From an uncultured Gemmatimonadales bacterium (GTDB lineage Bacteria > Gemmatimonadota > Gemmatimonadetes > Gemmatimonadales > Gemmatimonadaceae), in assembly GCA_963793305.1 (NCBI GenBank), contig CAWBZV010000012.1, forward strand, positions 224,001 through 288,000: a DNA stretch of 64,000 nt, given 5' to 3'. Under the pieces are notes generated by a model. The model was not told the DNA's origin and made no database searches. It worked only from the letters and a program-made list of their open reading frames with translations. How positions within the stretch are numbered: position 1 is the first letter of the stretch; every line of letters starts with the position of its first letter. Made by a program: the position numbers and the translations under genes. Positions 9,671 through 19,252 of this stretch are shown piece by piece.

Positions 9671-10429
9671 TTAAACGAGCATCTTCCGAATTTCGGCCTG
9701 ATGATACCGGCTGGAGATGAGTCGCGCGCCGCTCCGGAGGTGCAGCACGAACATCCCCTTTGCATACCGCTCGACCGTCACGATCGCCTGTGGGTTGACG
9801 AGCGCCGACCGGCGCACTCTCACAAACGTCCCGCCGACGCGCTCGGCCATGCGGTTCATCGTCGTCCGCAAGAGATAGTTCCGCGTTCCGGCGTGAACGC
9901 GGACGTAGTTGCCCGAGGCCTCGATCCACTCGACCGTACGCACGTCGACGAACGAGAGTCGATCGCCATCGTGCACGACCAGCCGATCAACGGGTTTGCG
10001 GGTGGCGGCTAGAGGCGCCAACGTCGCCAACAGCTGCTCCAACCGCTCGGCGAGCGACGCGCCTTGTTCCAGCGACCGCTGACGCGTGGCTTTCTCGAGC
10101 GCGTCGCGCAGACGGTCAGGGTCGACGGGCTTGAGGACAAAGTCGATGGCGTTGACCTCAAACGCGCGCAGTGCGTGTTGATCATAGGCCGTCACGAAGA
10201 TGACGAGTGGCATCGCCTCGACACCGATCTGCTCGATGACCTCGAACGCCGTCGCGCGGCCGAGTTGGACATCGAGCAAGACGACGTCGGGTTGCTGCTC
10301 GACGATGGCGGCGACTGCCTCATCGCGACCACTGGCCTCGCCCGCGCACGCGAATCCCGGCAGACGCTCGATCTCGCTCCTGAGCCCGCGTCTCGCCAAC
10401 GGCTCGTCATCGACAATCAGGACTCTCAT
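9671..10429 (-). CDS. LytTR-family response regulator
   Basis: VDDEPLAR, TAYDQHALRAFEVNAIDFVLKP, EWIEASGNYVRVH, FVRVRRS. Confidence 0.93.
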   Translation of the reverse strand: MRVLIVDDEPLARRGLRSEIERLPGFACAGEASGRDEAVAAIVEQQPDVVLLDVQLGRATAFEVIEQIGVEAMPLVIFVTAYDQHALRAFEVNAIDFVLKPVDPDRLRDALEKATRQRSLEQGASLAERLEQLLATLAPLAATRKPVDRLVVHDGDRLSFVDVRTVEWIEASGNYVRVHAGTRNYLLRTTMNRMAERVGGTFVRVRRSALVNPQAIVTVERYAKGMFVLHLRSGARLISSRYHQAEIRKMLV

Positions 10430-11442
10430 GTTGCGTACGGCATGCGGATATCGACGCGCGTGCCCGAGCCATCGGCGTGCCGCAGGTCCAGCGTGGCATC
10501 GCCATAGAGGGTGCGCAAACGCTGACGCGTGTTGCGCAACCCCACGCCTTCCGGCGCGTTGCTCGGCCCGGGACCTCGATCCTCCACGGTCAGACAGAGA
10601 CGGCCGTTGTCGCGCGCAGCGCGAACGAAAATAGTTGCCGTTCCGTTATCGTCCGACGCGCCGTGCTTGATGGCATTTTCGACGATGGGCTGCAGCAGCA
10701 AGACGGGGACTCGCGCGTTCACGACCTCCGGGTCGATCGCGAGTGTGACCGACAGGCGGTCGCCGAATCGCATGCGCTGGATGTCGAGATATTCGTTCAA
10801 GAAGGCGAGCTCTCGATGCAACGGGACTTCGTGATGCTCTTCGTCGAGACTCCGCCGCAGCAGCGAGCCGAGTCGCACGACCATGTGCCGCGCTTTGTCC
10901 GCGTCCTCGGCGGTCAGTACCGAGATGGCATTCAGCGTGTTGAACAGGAAGTGCGGCCGGAGTTGCGATCGCAGCGCGTCGAGTCGCGCCCGAGTCAGGT
11001 CGGCTTCGAGGGCGGTGCTGCGCGCCCGGTACTGGAGCGCGGTGTACACGCCAACCACCACCCAATAGAAGAACGCACCCATGAACGCGCCCCACACGAG
11101 GTTCGGCACGGTGCGCTGGATCCAAGCCCCAGGTTCCGGTGGTCGAACGAACACGAAGTGCAGCCCGAATGCGAGGATCGTCTCCAGGGGCGCGAGTACG
11201 GCGGCAACGCCAACGTGCGCGAGGATCGATGGATAGATCGGCTTGGCATCGAGCGGCCATCGCTTGAGCGCGGCCAGAACGACAGGCGACAGGGCGGCCC
11301 AGACAAACCAGAAGAGAAATTCTTGAACGACGTTCCACTCGACGTTGATGGGCTGACCGGCGCTCAACGTCATGAGGATCGTCTGCGCGGTGAAGAACGT
11401 GCCGACACCGAGTGACAGCGCGGCAATCCGCGACGTCCGCAT
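10426..11442 (-). CDS. LytS/YehU-type sensor histidine kinase
   Basis: Transmembrane N-terminus; QLRPHFLFNTLN, LQPIVENAIKHG, GVGLRN. Confidence 0.93.
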   Translation of the reverse strand: MRTSRIAALSLGVGTFFTAQTILMTLSAGQPINVEWNVVQEFLFWFVWAALSPVVLAALKRWPLDAKPIYPSILAHVGVAAVLAPLETILAFGLHFVFVRPPEPGAWIQRTVPNLVWGAFMGAFFYWVVVGVYTALQYRARSTALEADLTRARLDALRSQLRPHFLFNTLNAISVLTAEDADKARHMVVRLGSLLRRSLDEEHHEVPLHRELAFLNEYLDIQRMRFGDRLSVTLAIDPEVVNARVPVLLLQPIVENAIKHGASDDNGTATIFVRAARDNGRLCLTVEDRGPGPSNAPEGVGLRNTRQRLRTLYGDATLDLRHADGSGTRVDIRMPYAT

Positions 11443-11490
11443 GTCTCTATCATGCGTCCCGGGTGCGCGGACGGCAACAGCACGTTGGGC

Positions 11491-11520
11491 CCACTCATCA
11501 CGCCAGCGGAACCACTCGCG
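11491..11520 (+). promoter_or_regulatory. Putative LytTR binding site
   Basis: CCACTCATC-N12-CCACTCGCG direct repeat upstream of the gene divergent from the LytS/LytTR pair. Confidence 0.55.
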
Positions 11521-11565
11521 TCAGGCGCGTTGTTCGCGCCCGCCAATCGACGCTACGTGAGCGCC

Positions 11566-12399
11566 ATGCTCCTACAAGCACTCGCCGCCGGGGCGCTCCA
11601 CATCGCGCAATTCCCGGCCAACGACACGATGGCGTACAACGTCAACTCCGAGCTGATCGTCGGTCGCACCGAGGCGATCCTCGTCGATGCGGGTTTGCGG
11701 CGGAGCGACGCCGAGAAAGAAGCCGCGGCCGTCGCGGCCATGGGGACGCATCTCAAGGCGATCTTCATCACGCATCCCGACGAAGATCATTACTTCGGTG
11801 TCGCGTCGTTCGTGGAAAAATTTCCAGGCACACCGGTTTATATGACGGCCGCGGCGATCGAGGAGTTCAAGAAGAGCGGACCCAAGTTCTTCGCCGGCGC
11901 GAAGAAAGGGATGCCGCAGGAAGCGCCGGATAGCCTCGTGACGCCCTCGGTGTTGCCGAGCACGACGCTGACCGTCGACGGGCAGCGGATCGAGATCCAC
12001 CCGGATGAGCAAGGCGATGTGCTCCGACCCACCAACAGCTTTATTTGGATTCCATCGTTGCATACGGTTCTCGCCGGCGACATTGTCTTCAATCACGTTC
12101 ATCCGTGGCTGGCGGCGTCCGACGCCAAGTCACGCGTCCGCTGGCATCAATCACTCGCGCGCATCGCGGCGCTGCACCCAACGACCGTCATTGCCGGCCA
12201 CAAGAGTCCGGATGCGACAGACAGCCCGGATGTGGTCCAGACGATGGACCAATACCTGACCGATTTCGAGGCCGCCCGCGCGTCATCACCCGACGCCAAG
12301 GCGCTGGTCGCCTCGATGGAGCAGAAGTACCCAAATTGGACGGTGCCGCTGCTGCTCCGGTACTCGGCGCAGGTGTCCTACACGCCGTCTACCGACTGA
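11566..12399 (+). CDS. MBL-fold metallo-hydrolase
   Basis: ILVDA, ITHPDEDHYFG (HxHxDH variant), LAGDIVFN.VH, IAGH; start re-called at ATG 11566. Confidence 0.85.
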   Translation: MLLQALAAGALHIAQFPANDTMAYNVNSELIVGRTEAILVDAGLRRSDAEKEAAAVAAMGTHLKAIFITHPDEDHYFGVASFVEKFPGTPVYMTAAAIEEFKKSGPKFFAGAKKGMPQEAPDSLVTPSVLPSTTLTVDGQRIEIHPDEQGDVLRPTNSFIWIPSLHTVLAGDIVFNHVHPWLAASDAKSRVRWHQSLARIAALHPTTVIAGHKSPDATDSPDVVQTMDQYLTDFEAARASSPDAKALVASMEQKYPNWTVPLLLRYSAQVSYTPSTD

Positions 12400-13453
12400 G
12401 CGCCTCGAACCGGCCGCGGTGGGCTTTGAGAAACACGAAGCTGCGGCCGGTCGGATCTCCCGTCGCCGCAAACGCCACCGGGCCGGTCACGCCTTCGACG
12501 GCCCGTTGGACGGTCAAGCCGTGCAGATACTCGCGAATCGTGCCGCGGTTCGTGCCCACGGCGCGAATCGCGCGCACGACCAGCATGGTCGCATCGTAGG
12601 CGAGCGCCGCGTCGCCGTCGGGCGTGCGGTGAAATTTGGCCTGAAACGCTTGCACGAACGCTTGCACCTGGGGCCGATCGATCTTCGTATCGAAGGGTGT
12701 CCCGAGATAGATCCCCTCGGACAACGCGCTATCGGCCACGGCGCTCGACCACGAGCTCCCGCCGATGCTTAAGAATGTCAGCGGCACGCGCTGCCGCCGG
12801 ACCTCTTTGAGCAGTGCGATCGCCGGATCCTGCGTGGTCGCGGCGAACACCAGGTCGGCCGTGTTGCGCTTGAGGTAGGCCGTGTACGCCTCGAACAACG
12901 TCGCGCTGTCGCCGCTGATCGGCTCGAACGCCACCAGCGTCCCCGTGAACTGCCGGCGAAACGCGTTGGCGAGCCCGCGGCCGTAGGACGTGTTCTCATA
13001 GATCACCGCCGCCCGGCGAACACCCCGGGTCTCCGCGAACCGCGCGAAGTCCGCCCCATTCGTCGAGTCGCTGGAGATCACCCGGAAGACCCAGGGCGAC
13101 ACGCCCGTGAGCCACGGCGAGCTGGCGGTCGTCGCCACCGAGACCAGGTGTCCGTCGTACACATTGGCGGCCGCCAGCTGCGCGGCGGAGCTCATGTGCC
13201 CCACGACCGCGGCGACGGAGGGGTTGTCGACGAAACTCTGCGCGCAGGCGACCGCTTTGGCCTCTTCCCCATTCTCGTCACACGAAATAATGTGGACCGA
13301 GTCGCCGGCCGCGAGTTGAACCCCCTGGAGGTTCATGAGTCCGTACGGCTGGTATAACGGACCCGCAACGCCAATGGTGATCGCAGTATGACCGAACCGG
13401 TCACACCCCGATCCCAGAACGAGAGCCATGACCGCCAGAGAGCGTAGTGCCAC
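12389..13453 (-). CDS. LivK-like branched-chain amino acid ABC substrate-binding lipoprotein (orphan)
   Basis: Lipobox GSGC; IGVAGPL, VVGH.SS, FRV..SD, YGRGL, AALAYDA, GVTG.VAF; start is 13453 or 13429. Confidence 0.85.
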   Translation of the reverse strand: MALRSLAVMALVLGSGCDRFGHTAITIGVAGPLYQPYGLMNLQGVQLAAGDSVHIISCDENGEEAKAVACAQSFVDNPSVAAVVGHMSSAAQLAAANVYDGHLVSVATTASSPWLTGVSPWVFRVISSDSTNGADFARFAETRGVRRAAVIYENTSYGRGLANAFRRQFTGTLVAFEPISGDSATLFEAYTAYLKRNTADLVFAATTQDPAIALLKEVRRQRVPLTFLSIGGSSWSSAVADSALSEGIYLGTPFDTKIDRPQVQAFVQAFQAKFHRTPDGDAALAYDATMLVVRAIRAVGTNRGTIREYLHGLTVQRAVEGVTGPVAFAATGDPTGRSFVFLKAHRGRFEALSR

Positions 13454-14987
13454 GCGAACGAGTGACGAGCGCCTGTCAGTACGGTCACTCCTGCTCGTTA
13501 CAATCGGCCTCGCCGCATGCGCAGGCGGCAACGGCGTCGCGCCGCGCGGCCTGTCGATCGTGCTCGGAGCCGGCCAGACTGACACGGTCCTGTCCGTGCT
13601 GCCGGAGGAGCTCGTGGTGGCACTGCACGAGCCTGGGGCCGCTGGTCAGATCGTCCAGTTCCAGTCGACGACCGATACGGGGTCTGGCTGCTGTGAATAC
13701 TTTGCCTATCTGCAGCTGACCGACACGACAAGCCTGTCACAATACCCCGGCGGTCCGGCGCCGCAAGTCGCCGTTACGACCGACGCGAATGGGGCGGCCA
13801 GAGTGTACGTGCGGCTCAACCAGTTCGCCCAGCGAGGGGCGATCATCGTGCGCGTGCCCGTGTTCGGCATCGTGGACACCGTGCCCGAGACGGCGACTCC
13901 GGGTGCACCGATCCGCATACAAAAGCAAAATGACACCGCCGTGGTGGTGGGAGCGACCGATACGCTGCATGCGCTCGTGTACGACCAGTACGACAATCTG
14001 CGCCCCAACGACACGGTCACGTTTCACATGATCCGTGGACCGATCACGCTCTCGGGCGCCGCCGTGACCGGCACCGGGCTCGGCCTGGCGGCCGTCAGCG
14101 CCACGGCGCGTGGCGCGCCCCCCGACACCACGAAAATATCGGTCGTGCCTCAGGGCACGATTGCGTTTGGCAGCGACACCGGCATCGTGGTCTCGAACCT
14201 CGATGGCAGTCAGGCCCGCGTGTTGCCCGTCCAGAATGTCGGCAACGTCCGATGGTCGCCGGATGGAAAGACCATCGTCTACGATCAGGGCAGCCGCGGA
14301 TTCAGCACTGGCAGCGCCGCTTTGTACGCCGTCACCATCAGTGACGGGACCACGACGACGATCGATAGCGGTGCGATCGGCCACTACTGGCCGCAGTTCT
14401 CTCGCGATGGCACGTGGCTCTACTGGACGGATATCAGCGGTTACTCGTCGGTCCTTTGGCGCGCGCATCCCGATGGCACCATGAAGGACTCGATCGCGGG
14501 GACGGATGGGAGTTGGACTTCGAGTCCATCGAGCGATGGCTCGCAACTGGTATACTCGGATCTGGCCTATTCCGCGCTGCACGTTTTTACGTTGGCCACG
14601 AGCGCCGAGACCGCGTTTCCGGTGCACGGGTTTGCCCCACGATGGGCGCCGAACAGCGCCTCCATTGCGTACCTGGCGATCAGCCAGGGTGGTGGTGGCC
14701 CCATCGACATCATTCAGGCCGATGGCTCCGGCAATCGTGTCGTCAAAACCAACCAGTACGACTTTGGCCTCGATTGGTCGCCGGACGGGCAGTGGCTCAT
14801 CTCCCAGAGCGACTCGACGACCATGTTCGACATCATAAATGTCAATACGGGCATGACATTGCCCCTTCCGTTTACAAACAGCAACAACTGGAGCCCTTCC
14901 TGGGGACCGACGGGCGCGTATCCTATATCCCATGCTGATCCTATGGCCACTCGCGCTCGCCCTCGCGGCGCACCCCATCGGCGGTGA
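13428..14987 (+). CDS. Lipoprotein with Ig-like domains and a TolB/PD40 beta-propeller
   Basis: Lipobox LAAC; TTDANG and DQYDN Ig-like motifs; repeated WSPDG/FSRDG; start uncertain. Confidence 0.8.
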   Translation: MTARERSATRTSDERLSVRSLLLVTIGLAACAGGNGVAPRGLSIVLGAGQTDTVLSVLPEELVVALHEPGAAGQIVQFQSTTDTGSGCCEYFAYLQLTDTTSLSQYPGGPAPQVAVTTDANGAARVYVRLNQFAQRGAIIVRVPVFGIVDTVPETATPGAPIRIQKQNDTAVVVGATDTLHALVYDQYDNLRPNDTVTFHMIRGPITLSGAAVTGTGLGLAAVSATARGAPPDTTKISVVPQGTIAFGSDTGIVVSNLDGSQARVLPVQNVGNVRWSPDGKTIVYDQGSRGFSTGSAALYAVTISDGTTTTIDSGAIGHYWPQFSRDGTWLYWTDISGYSSVLWRAHPDGTMKDSIAGTDGSWTSSPSSDGSQLVYSDLAYSALHVFTLATSAETAFPVHGFAPRWAPNSASIAYLAISQGGGGPIDIIQADGSGNRVVKTNQYDFGLDWSPDGQWLISQSDSTTMFDIINVNTGMTLPLPFTNSNNWSPSWGPTGAYPISHADPMATRARPRGAPHRR

Positions 14988-17900
14988 TTCCACCAAGAAA
15001 ACCGCCCCGGAAACCAGCCTCCCGATCCTCCCGACCCGCCACACGAAATTCACGACCGACGAGGGAACGTGGATGTCCCTCGACGTGTCACCAGACGGGA
15101 AGTCGGTAGTATTCGACCTCGTCGGCGACCTGTACACGGTGCCGATCACGGGCGGCACGGCGACGCGCATCACGTCGGGCATGGGCTTCGACGGACAGCC
15201 CCGGTTCTCGCCCGATGGCAAGTCCGTCGTGTACGTCACGGATCGGACGGGCTATGAAAATCTGTGGCTCGTCGATGCTGACGGACACAATCCGCGCTCG
15301 CTCACGAGCGACAAAGACGCCCAGTACATCTCGCCCGCTTGGACGCCCGACGGCCAGTATCTCGTCGTCTCGCGCAACAAGACGGGCATTCTGGGCAGCA
15401 AATACGACCTCGTTCTGCTGAACGCCTCCGGCGGCAAGGGCATCGTGCTCACGACGCCACCAAAGGACGGCCCTCCGCCATCGCCGAACGCGCCGCCGCC
15501 CTACGATAACTACCTGGGCGCTGCCTTCGGCAAGGATCCGCGATACATCTACGCATCGGTCAAGCACGGACGATTCCAATACAACCAGATGCTGGCCGAT
15601 GCGTGGCAGGTCGCCGTCTATGACCGTGTCACCGGCAAGACGTTTGTCCGGACTACCAATATTGGCGGCGGGATACGACCCACGCTGTCACGCGATGGCC
15701 ACTGGCTCGCGTTCGCGTCCCGGCGTGACGGCGTCACGGGCCTCAAGCTGCGCGACCTCGAATCGGGCGACGAGATCTGGCTCGTCGATCATATCACGCG
15801 CGACGACATGGAGTCGCGCTACACGCGCGACATACTGCCCGGGTTTGCGTTCACGCCGGACTCGAAGGCCATCGTGATCTCGTACGGCGGCAAGATCTGG
15901 AAAGTCGATGTCGCGACGAAGGCGGCGACACCCGTCCCCTTCACCGCCGATGTCGATATCGAGATGGGGCCGCTCGTCAAGTTTGCGTATCCGATCGACG
16001 ACTCGGTGCTCACGGTTCGCCAGATCCGCGAGGCGCGACCCTCGCCTGATGGCAAGACGCTCGCGTTCACCGCGCTCGATCGGCTGTGGCTCACCGATCT
16101 CGGATGCACCACCTGCCGGCCACGCCGCGTGACCGATTTCGCGCTCGGCGAATACTCCCCGAGCTGGTCGCCCGACGGGAAATATCTGGCCTTTGTCACG
16201 TGGTCCGAAGACGGTGGAGATGTCTGGCGCATTCGCACCGACATCCCTAAGGCAAAGCCAGAGAAGCTGTCGCGTCATACCGCGTTCTATGAGAACCTGG
16301 CCTACGATCCCACCGGCCATCGCCTCGTCGTCGCCCGCGGTCCGCATCAGCAGCGCACCGAGCGCGAGAACGAGTTCTCGGGTCCTGGCCCCCAGGTCCT
16401 GGAGCTCGTGTGGCTCCCGGCGGCTGGCGGTGAGGCGACGGTGATCACGCCGTTGAATGCGTACGGCCAGCCACACTTTACTCGCGATACTACGCGCATC
16501 TTCTTCAACGATCCCAATGAGGGGCTCGTCTCCGTGCGGTGGGATGGCTCGGATCGCCGCGTGCATATCAAGGTCACGGGCTACGTCTCCAAGGGATTCG
16601 AGTTGGAGGACGAGCGCCAGCTCACCGAGCCGCAACCGCAGCCGGAACCGGCCGAAGACATCGTCATCTCGCCGGACTCGAGCCAGGCGATCGCGCTCGT
16701 GAATCGGAAGGTCTATCTCGTCGCCGTTCCTATCACGGGCGGCCAAACGCCTACGGTATCAGTCGAAAGCGCTGACGACGCTCCGGTCCCACTCCGGCGC
16801 CTCACGCGCGTGGGCGGTGACTTCCTCGGCTGGTCTCCCGATGGGAAATCGGTGTACTGGTCGCTGGGTCGGTCGTTTTTCACCTACGACCTCGCCGCCG
16901 CGACTGCCGCTGTCAACGATTCGACGACAAAGGCCAAGGGGGATACCAGCAAGAAGGCCGACACGGCCGCCATGCCGCACTACGCCTATACGGCCAAGCG
17001 GTTCGACATCACGATGGTCGCGCCGAAAGATCGCCCAAGTGGTTCCGTGGTATTGACCGGTGCCCGCATTGTCACGATGAAGGGCGACGAGATTATCCCG
17101 GAAGGCGACATCGTCGTCACAAATAATCGCATTGCCGCGATCGGCGCGTCCGGCAGCGTGACCGTGCCAGCCAACGCAAAGCGTATCGACGTGCACGGGA
17201 AGACGATCATTCCGGGCTACATCGACATTCACGCCCATATGTGGCCGACCTGGGGCGTCCACAAATCGCAGGTCTACGAATACCTCGCGAACCTGGCCTA
17301 TGGCGTGACGACCACGCGTGACCCGCAGACCAGCACGACGGATGTGCTCACGTATGGCGACCTCGTAGAGACGGGCGAGCTGATCGGCCCGCGGATCTTC
17401 ACGACGGGCCCTGGCGTGTTCTGGACAGACGAGGTGTCGAGCCAGGCCGACGCGCGCGAAGTGTTGACGCGCTACTCGGACTTCTACCAGACGCACACGC
17501 TCAAGCAGTACATGGTCGGCGACCGGATGCAACGCCAGTGGACGCTGATCGCCGCCAAGGAACAGGGCATTACCCCGACGCTCGAAGGTGGCCTCGACTT
17601 CCGGAAGAACATGACCGAGGCGATCGACGGCTACGCGGGCAGCGAGCACGCCTATGCGATCATGCCGTTGTACAAGGACATCGTCCAGCTCGTCGCGTCG
17701 AGCGGGATTACCTACACGCCGACGCTCCTTGTCGAGTACGGCGGGCCGTGGGCCGAGAACTATTGGTACGAGCACTACGACGTCCACGGTGACGCCAAGC
17801 TTCGGCGCTTCACGCCGCACGACGAGGTCGATCGTCGCACCTTGCGGCGATCAGGATGGTTCGCCGACAGCCAGTACAGTTTCCCCAATGTCGCCGCCCA

Positions 17901-18273
17901 AGCCGCGAAAATCGTCGCCGCCGGTGGCCGCGTCGGACTCGGCGGTCACGGTCAACTGCAGGGGCTCGGCGACCACTTCGAGCTCTGGTCGATCGCGAGC
18001 GGCGGCATGCCCCCGCACGACGTGCTGCGAGTCGGGACGATCTTCGGTGCTCAGGCGATCGGCATCGACAAAGACCTGGGATCCTTGGAGGTCGGGAAGC
18101 TGGCCGACCTGCAGGTGCTCGACAAGAATCCGCTCGACGACATCAAGAATACGAACACCATTCTCTACGTGATGAAGAATGGGCGCCTGTATGAGGGCGC
18201 GACGCTCAAGGAGATCTATCCGCGCGAGCGAGAGATTCCGCCCCTCTACTGGTGGAGGCCCGCCGAGCAGTAG
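14932..18273 (+). CDS. Secreted PD40/TolB-repeat amidohydrolase
   Basis: DEGTWMSLDVSPDG, many SPDG repeats, PGYIDIHAH, GVTTTRDP, GSLEVGKLADL. Confidence 0.9.
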   Translation: MLILWPLALALAAHPIGGDSTKKTAPETSLPILPTRHTKFTTDEGTWMSLDVSPDGKSVVFDLVGDLYTVPITGGTATRITSGMGFDGQPRFSPDGKSVVYVTDRTGYENLWLVDADGHNPRSLTSDKDAQYISPAWTPDGQYLVVSRNKTGILGSKYDLVLLNASGGKGIVLTTPPKDGPPPSPNAPPPYDNYLGAAFGKDPRYIYASVKHGRFQYNQMLADAWQVAVYDRVTGKTFVRTTNIGGGIRPTLSRDGHWLAFASRRDGVTGLKLRDLESGDEIWLVDHITRDDMESRYTRDILPGFAFTPDSKAIVISYGGKIWKVDVATKAATPVPFTADVDIEMGPLVKFAYPIDDSVLTVRQIREARPSPDGKTLAFTALDRLWLTDLGCTTCRPRRVTDFALGEYSPSWSPDGKYLAFVTWSEDGGDVWRIRTDIPKAKPEKLSRHTAFYENLAYDPTGHRLVVARGPHQQRTERENEFSGPGPQVLELVWLPAAGGEATVITPLNAYGQPHFTRDTTRIFFNDPNEGLVSVRWDGSDRRVHIKVTGYVSKGFELEDERQLTEPQPQPEPAEDIVISPDSSQAIALVNRKVYLVAVPITGGQTPTVSVESADDAPVPLRRLTRVGGDFLGWSPDGKSVYWSLGRSFFTYDLAAATAAVNDSTTKAKGDTSKKADTAAMPHYAYTAKRFDITMVAPKDRPSGSVVLTGARIVTMKGDEIIPEGDIVVTNNRIAAIGASGSVTVPANAKRIDVHGKTIIPGYIDIHAHMWPTWGVHKSQVYEYLANLAYGVTTTRDPQTSTTDVLTYGDLVETGELIGPRIFTTGPGVFWTDEVSSQADAREVLTRYSDFYQTHTLKQYMVGDRMQRQWTLIAAKEQGITPTLEGGLDFRKNMTEAIDGYAGSEHAYAIMPLYKDIVQLVASSGITYTPTLLVEYGGPWAENYWYEHYDVHGDAKLRRFTPHDEVDRRTLRRSGWFADSQYSFPNVAAQAAKIVAAGGRVGLGGHGQLQGLGDHFELWSIASGGMPPHDVLRVGTIFGAQAIGIDKDLGSLEVGKLADLQVLDKNPLDDIKNTNTILYVMKNGRLYEGATLKEIYPREREIPPLYWWRPAEQ

Positions 18274-18330
18274 AAGATGACGGGTCGGTGCATAGTGTAC
18301 GCACGCCATACACCGACCCCCGTCAAGCCA

Positions 18331-18828
18331 TCAACCCCGGGGCGATGCCAGCATCTCCTCGAGCTGATCGAAGGTCTCCCGCATGCCGTGCTCCATACCC
18401 GATCCGAGCATGCCGTCGCGCACCTGCTGCGACGGACACAGGCTGCGGGACACGAGGTGGGTCTTGCCATCGTGCTCGTCGAAGGTCACGGTGACGACCA
18501 CCGCACCGACGGCCTGCATCGGCTCGTACACCTGCGTGTACACGAGACGCGTCGGCGGGGTGACCTCGCTGTACGTGCCGGAGAACCCGATCTCGGGGCC
18601 CTCGTCCTTCTGCATGACATAGCGATACGCCCCGCCGACGCGCACGTCGGCATCGCAGCTCGCCATCCGCACGCCGTGCGACTTGGGCGCCCACCACCGC
18701 TTGACGAGCTCCGGCTTCGTCCAGGCATCGAACACGATGCGGGCGGGGGCGTTGAACGTCCGCGAGATGACGATCTCGCGATCGCCCTCGAGCCTCATCA
18801 CCGTGTCATGCATTGTCATCGCGACCAT
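18331..18828 (-). CDS. SRPBCC/AHSA1-domain protein
   Basis: REIVISRTFNAPARIVFDAWTKPE, DVRVGG, GMEHGM; AGGAGG 9 nt before ATG 18828. Confidence 0.9.
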   Translation of the reverse strand: MVAMTMHDTVMRLEGDREIVISRTFNAPARIVFDAWTKPELVKRWWAPKSHGVRMASCDADVRVGGAYRYVMQKDEGPEIGFSGTYSEVTPPTRLVYTQVYEPMQAVGAVVVTVTFDEHDGKTHLVSRSLCPSQQVRDGMLGSGMEHGMRETFDQLEEMLASPRG

Positions 18829-19147
18829 CAGAGGGTTCCTCCTGTGTGAGCTCTTCCAACAGCTCGTCCAATTCCTCGAACCGCGCATCCCAGATTTGCC
18901 GATAGCGTTCGAGCCACTCGTGGAGCCGCCGCAGCTCGGGGGCGCGCAGCTCGTACAGCCGCTGATTCGCCCGCGGCGTGACATCCACAAGCCCAGCCTC
19001 CTTCAACACGCGGAGGTGCTTTGACACCTGCGGCTGATTGAGCCGGAGCCGCTCGCCGATGTCGTTGACGGGCCGCGGCCCGCGCCTCAACAGCTCGACA
19101 ATGCGAAAGCGATTTGGCTCGGCCAGGGCAGCGAACGTGTCGAACAT
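18806..19147 (-). CDS. ArsR/SmtB-family regulator
   Basis: FAALAEPNRFRIVELL, QPQVSKHLRVLKEAGLV; paired with SRPBCC. Confidence 0.92.
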   Translation of the reverse strand: MFDTFAALAEPNRFRIVELLRRGPRPVNDIGERLRLNQPQVSKHLRVLKEAGLVDVTPRANQRLYELRAPELRRLHEWLERYRQIWDARFEELDELLEELTQEEPSDGRDDNA

Positions 19148-19152
19148 GATCT

Positions 19153-19189
19153 AATATGCCTATAGACGTATATGCTTGTCAAGGCATGT
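19153..19189 (-). promoter_or_regulatory. Sigma70 promoter for a leaderless arsR transcript, with operator-like repeats
   Basis: Minus strand TTGACA (19182-19177)-18 nt-CATATT-5 nt-ATG; repeated ATATGC half-sites. Confidence 0.6.
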
Positions 19190-19252
19190 ACTGTGTGTCA
19201 GATTTTGGTTAATCACCTTCCGCGCCGCGCGCACGCGTGCTAGCCTCGACGC

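Noticed and set aside
6444..18273. Repeats in HAF and PD40 proteins as DNA repeat elements
   Set aside because: These are protein-level propeller repeats that have diverged at the nucleotide level.
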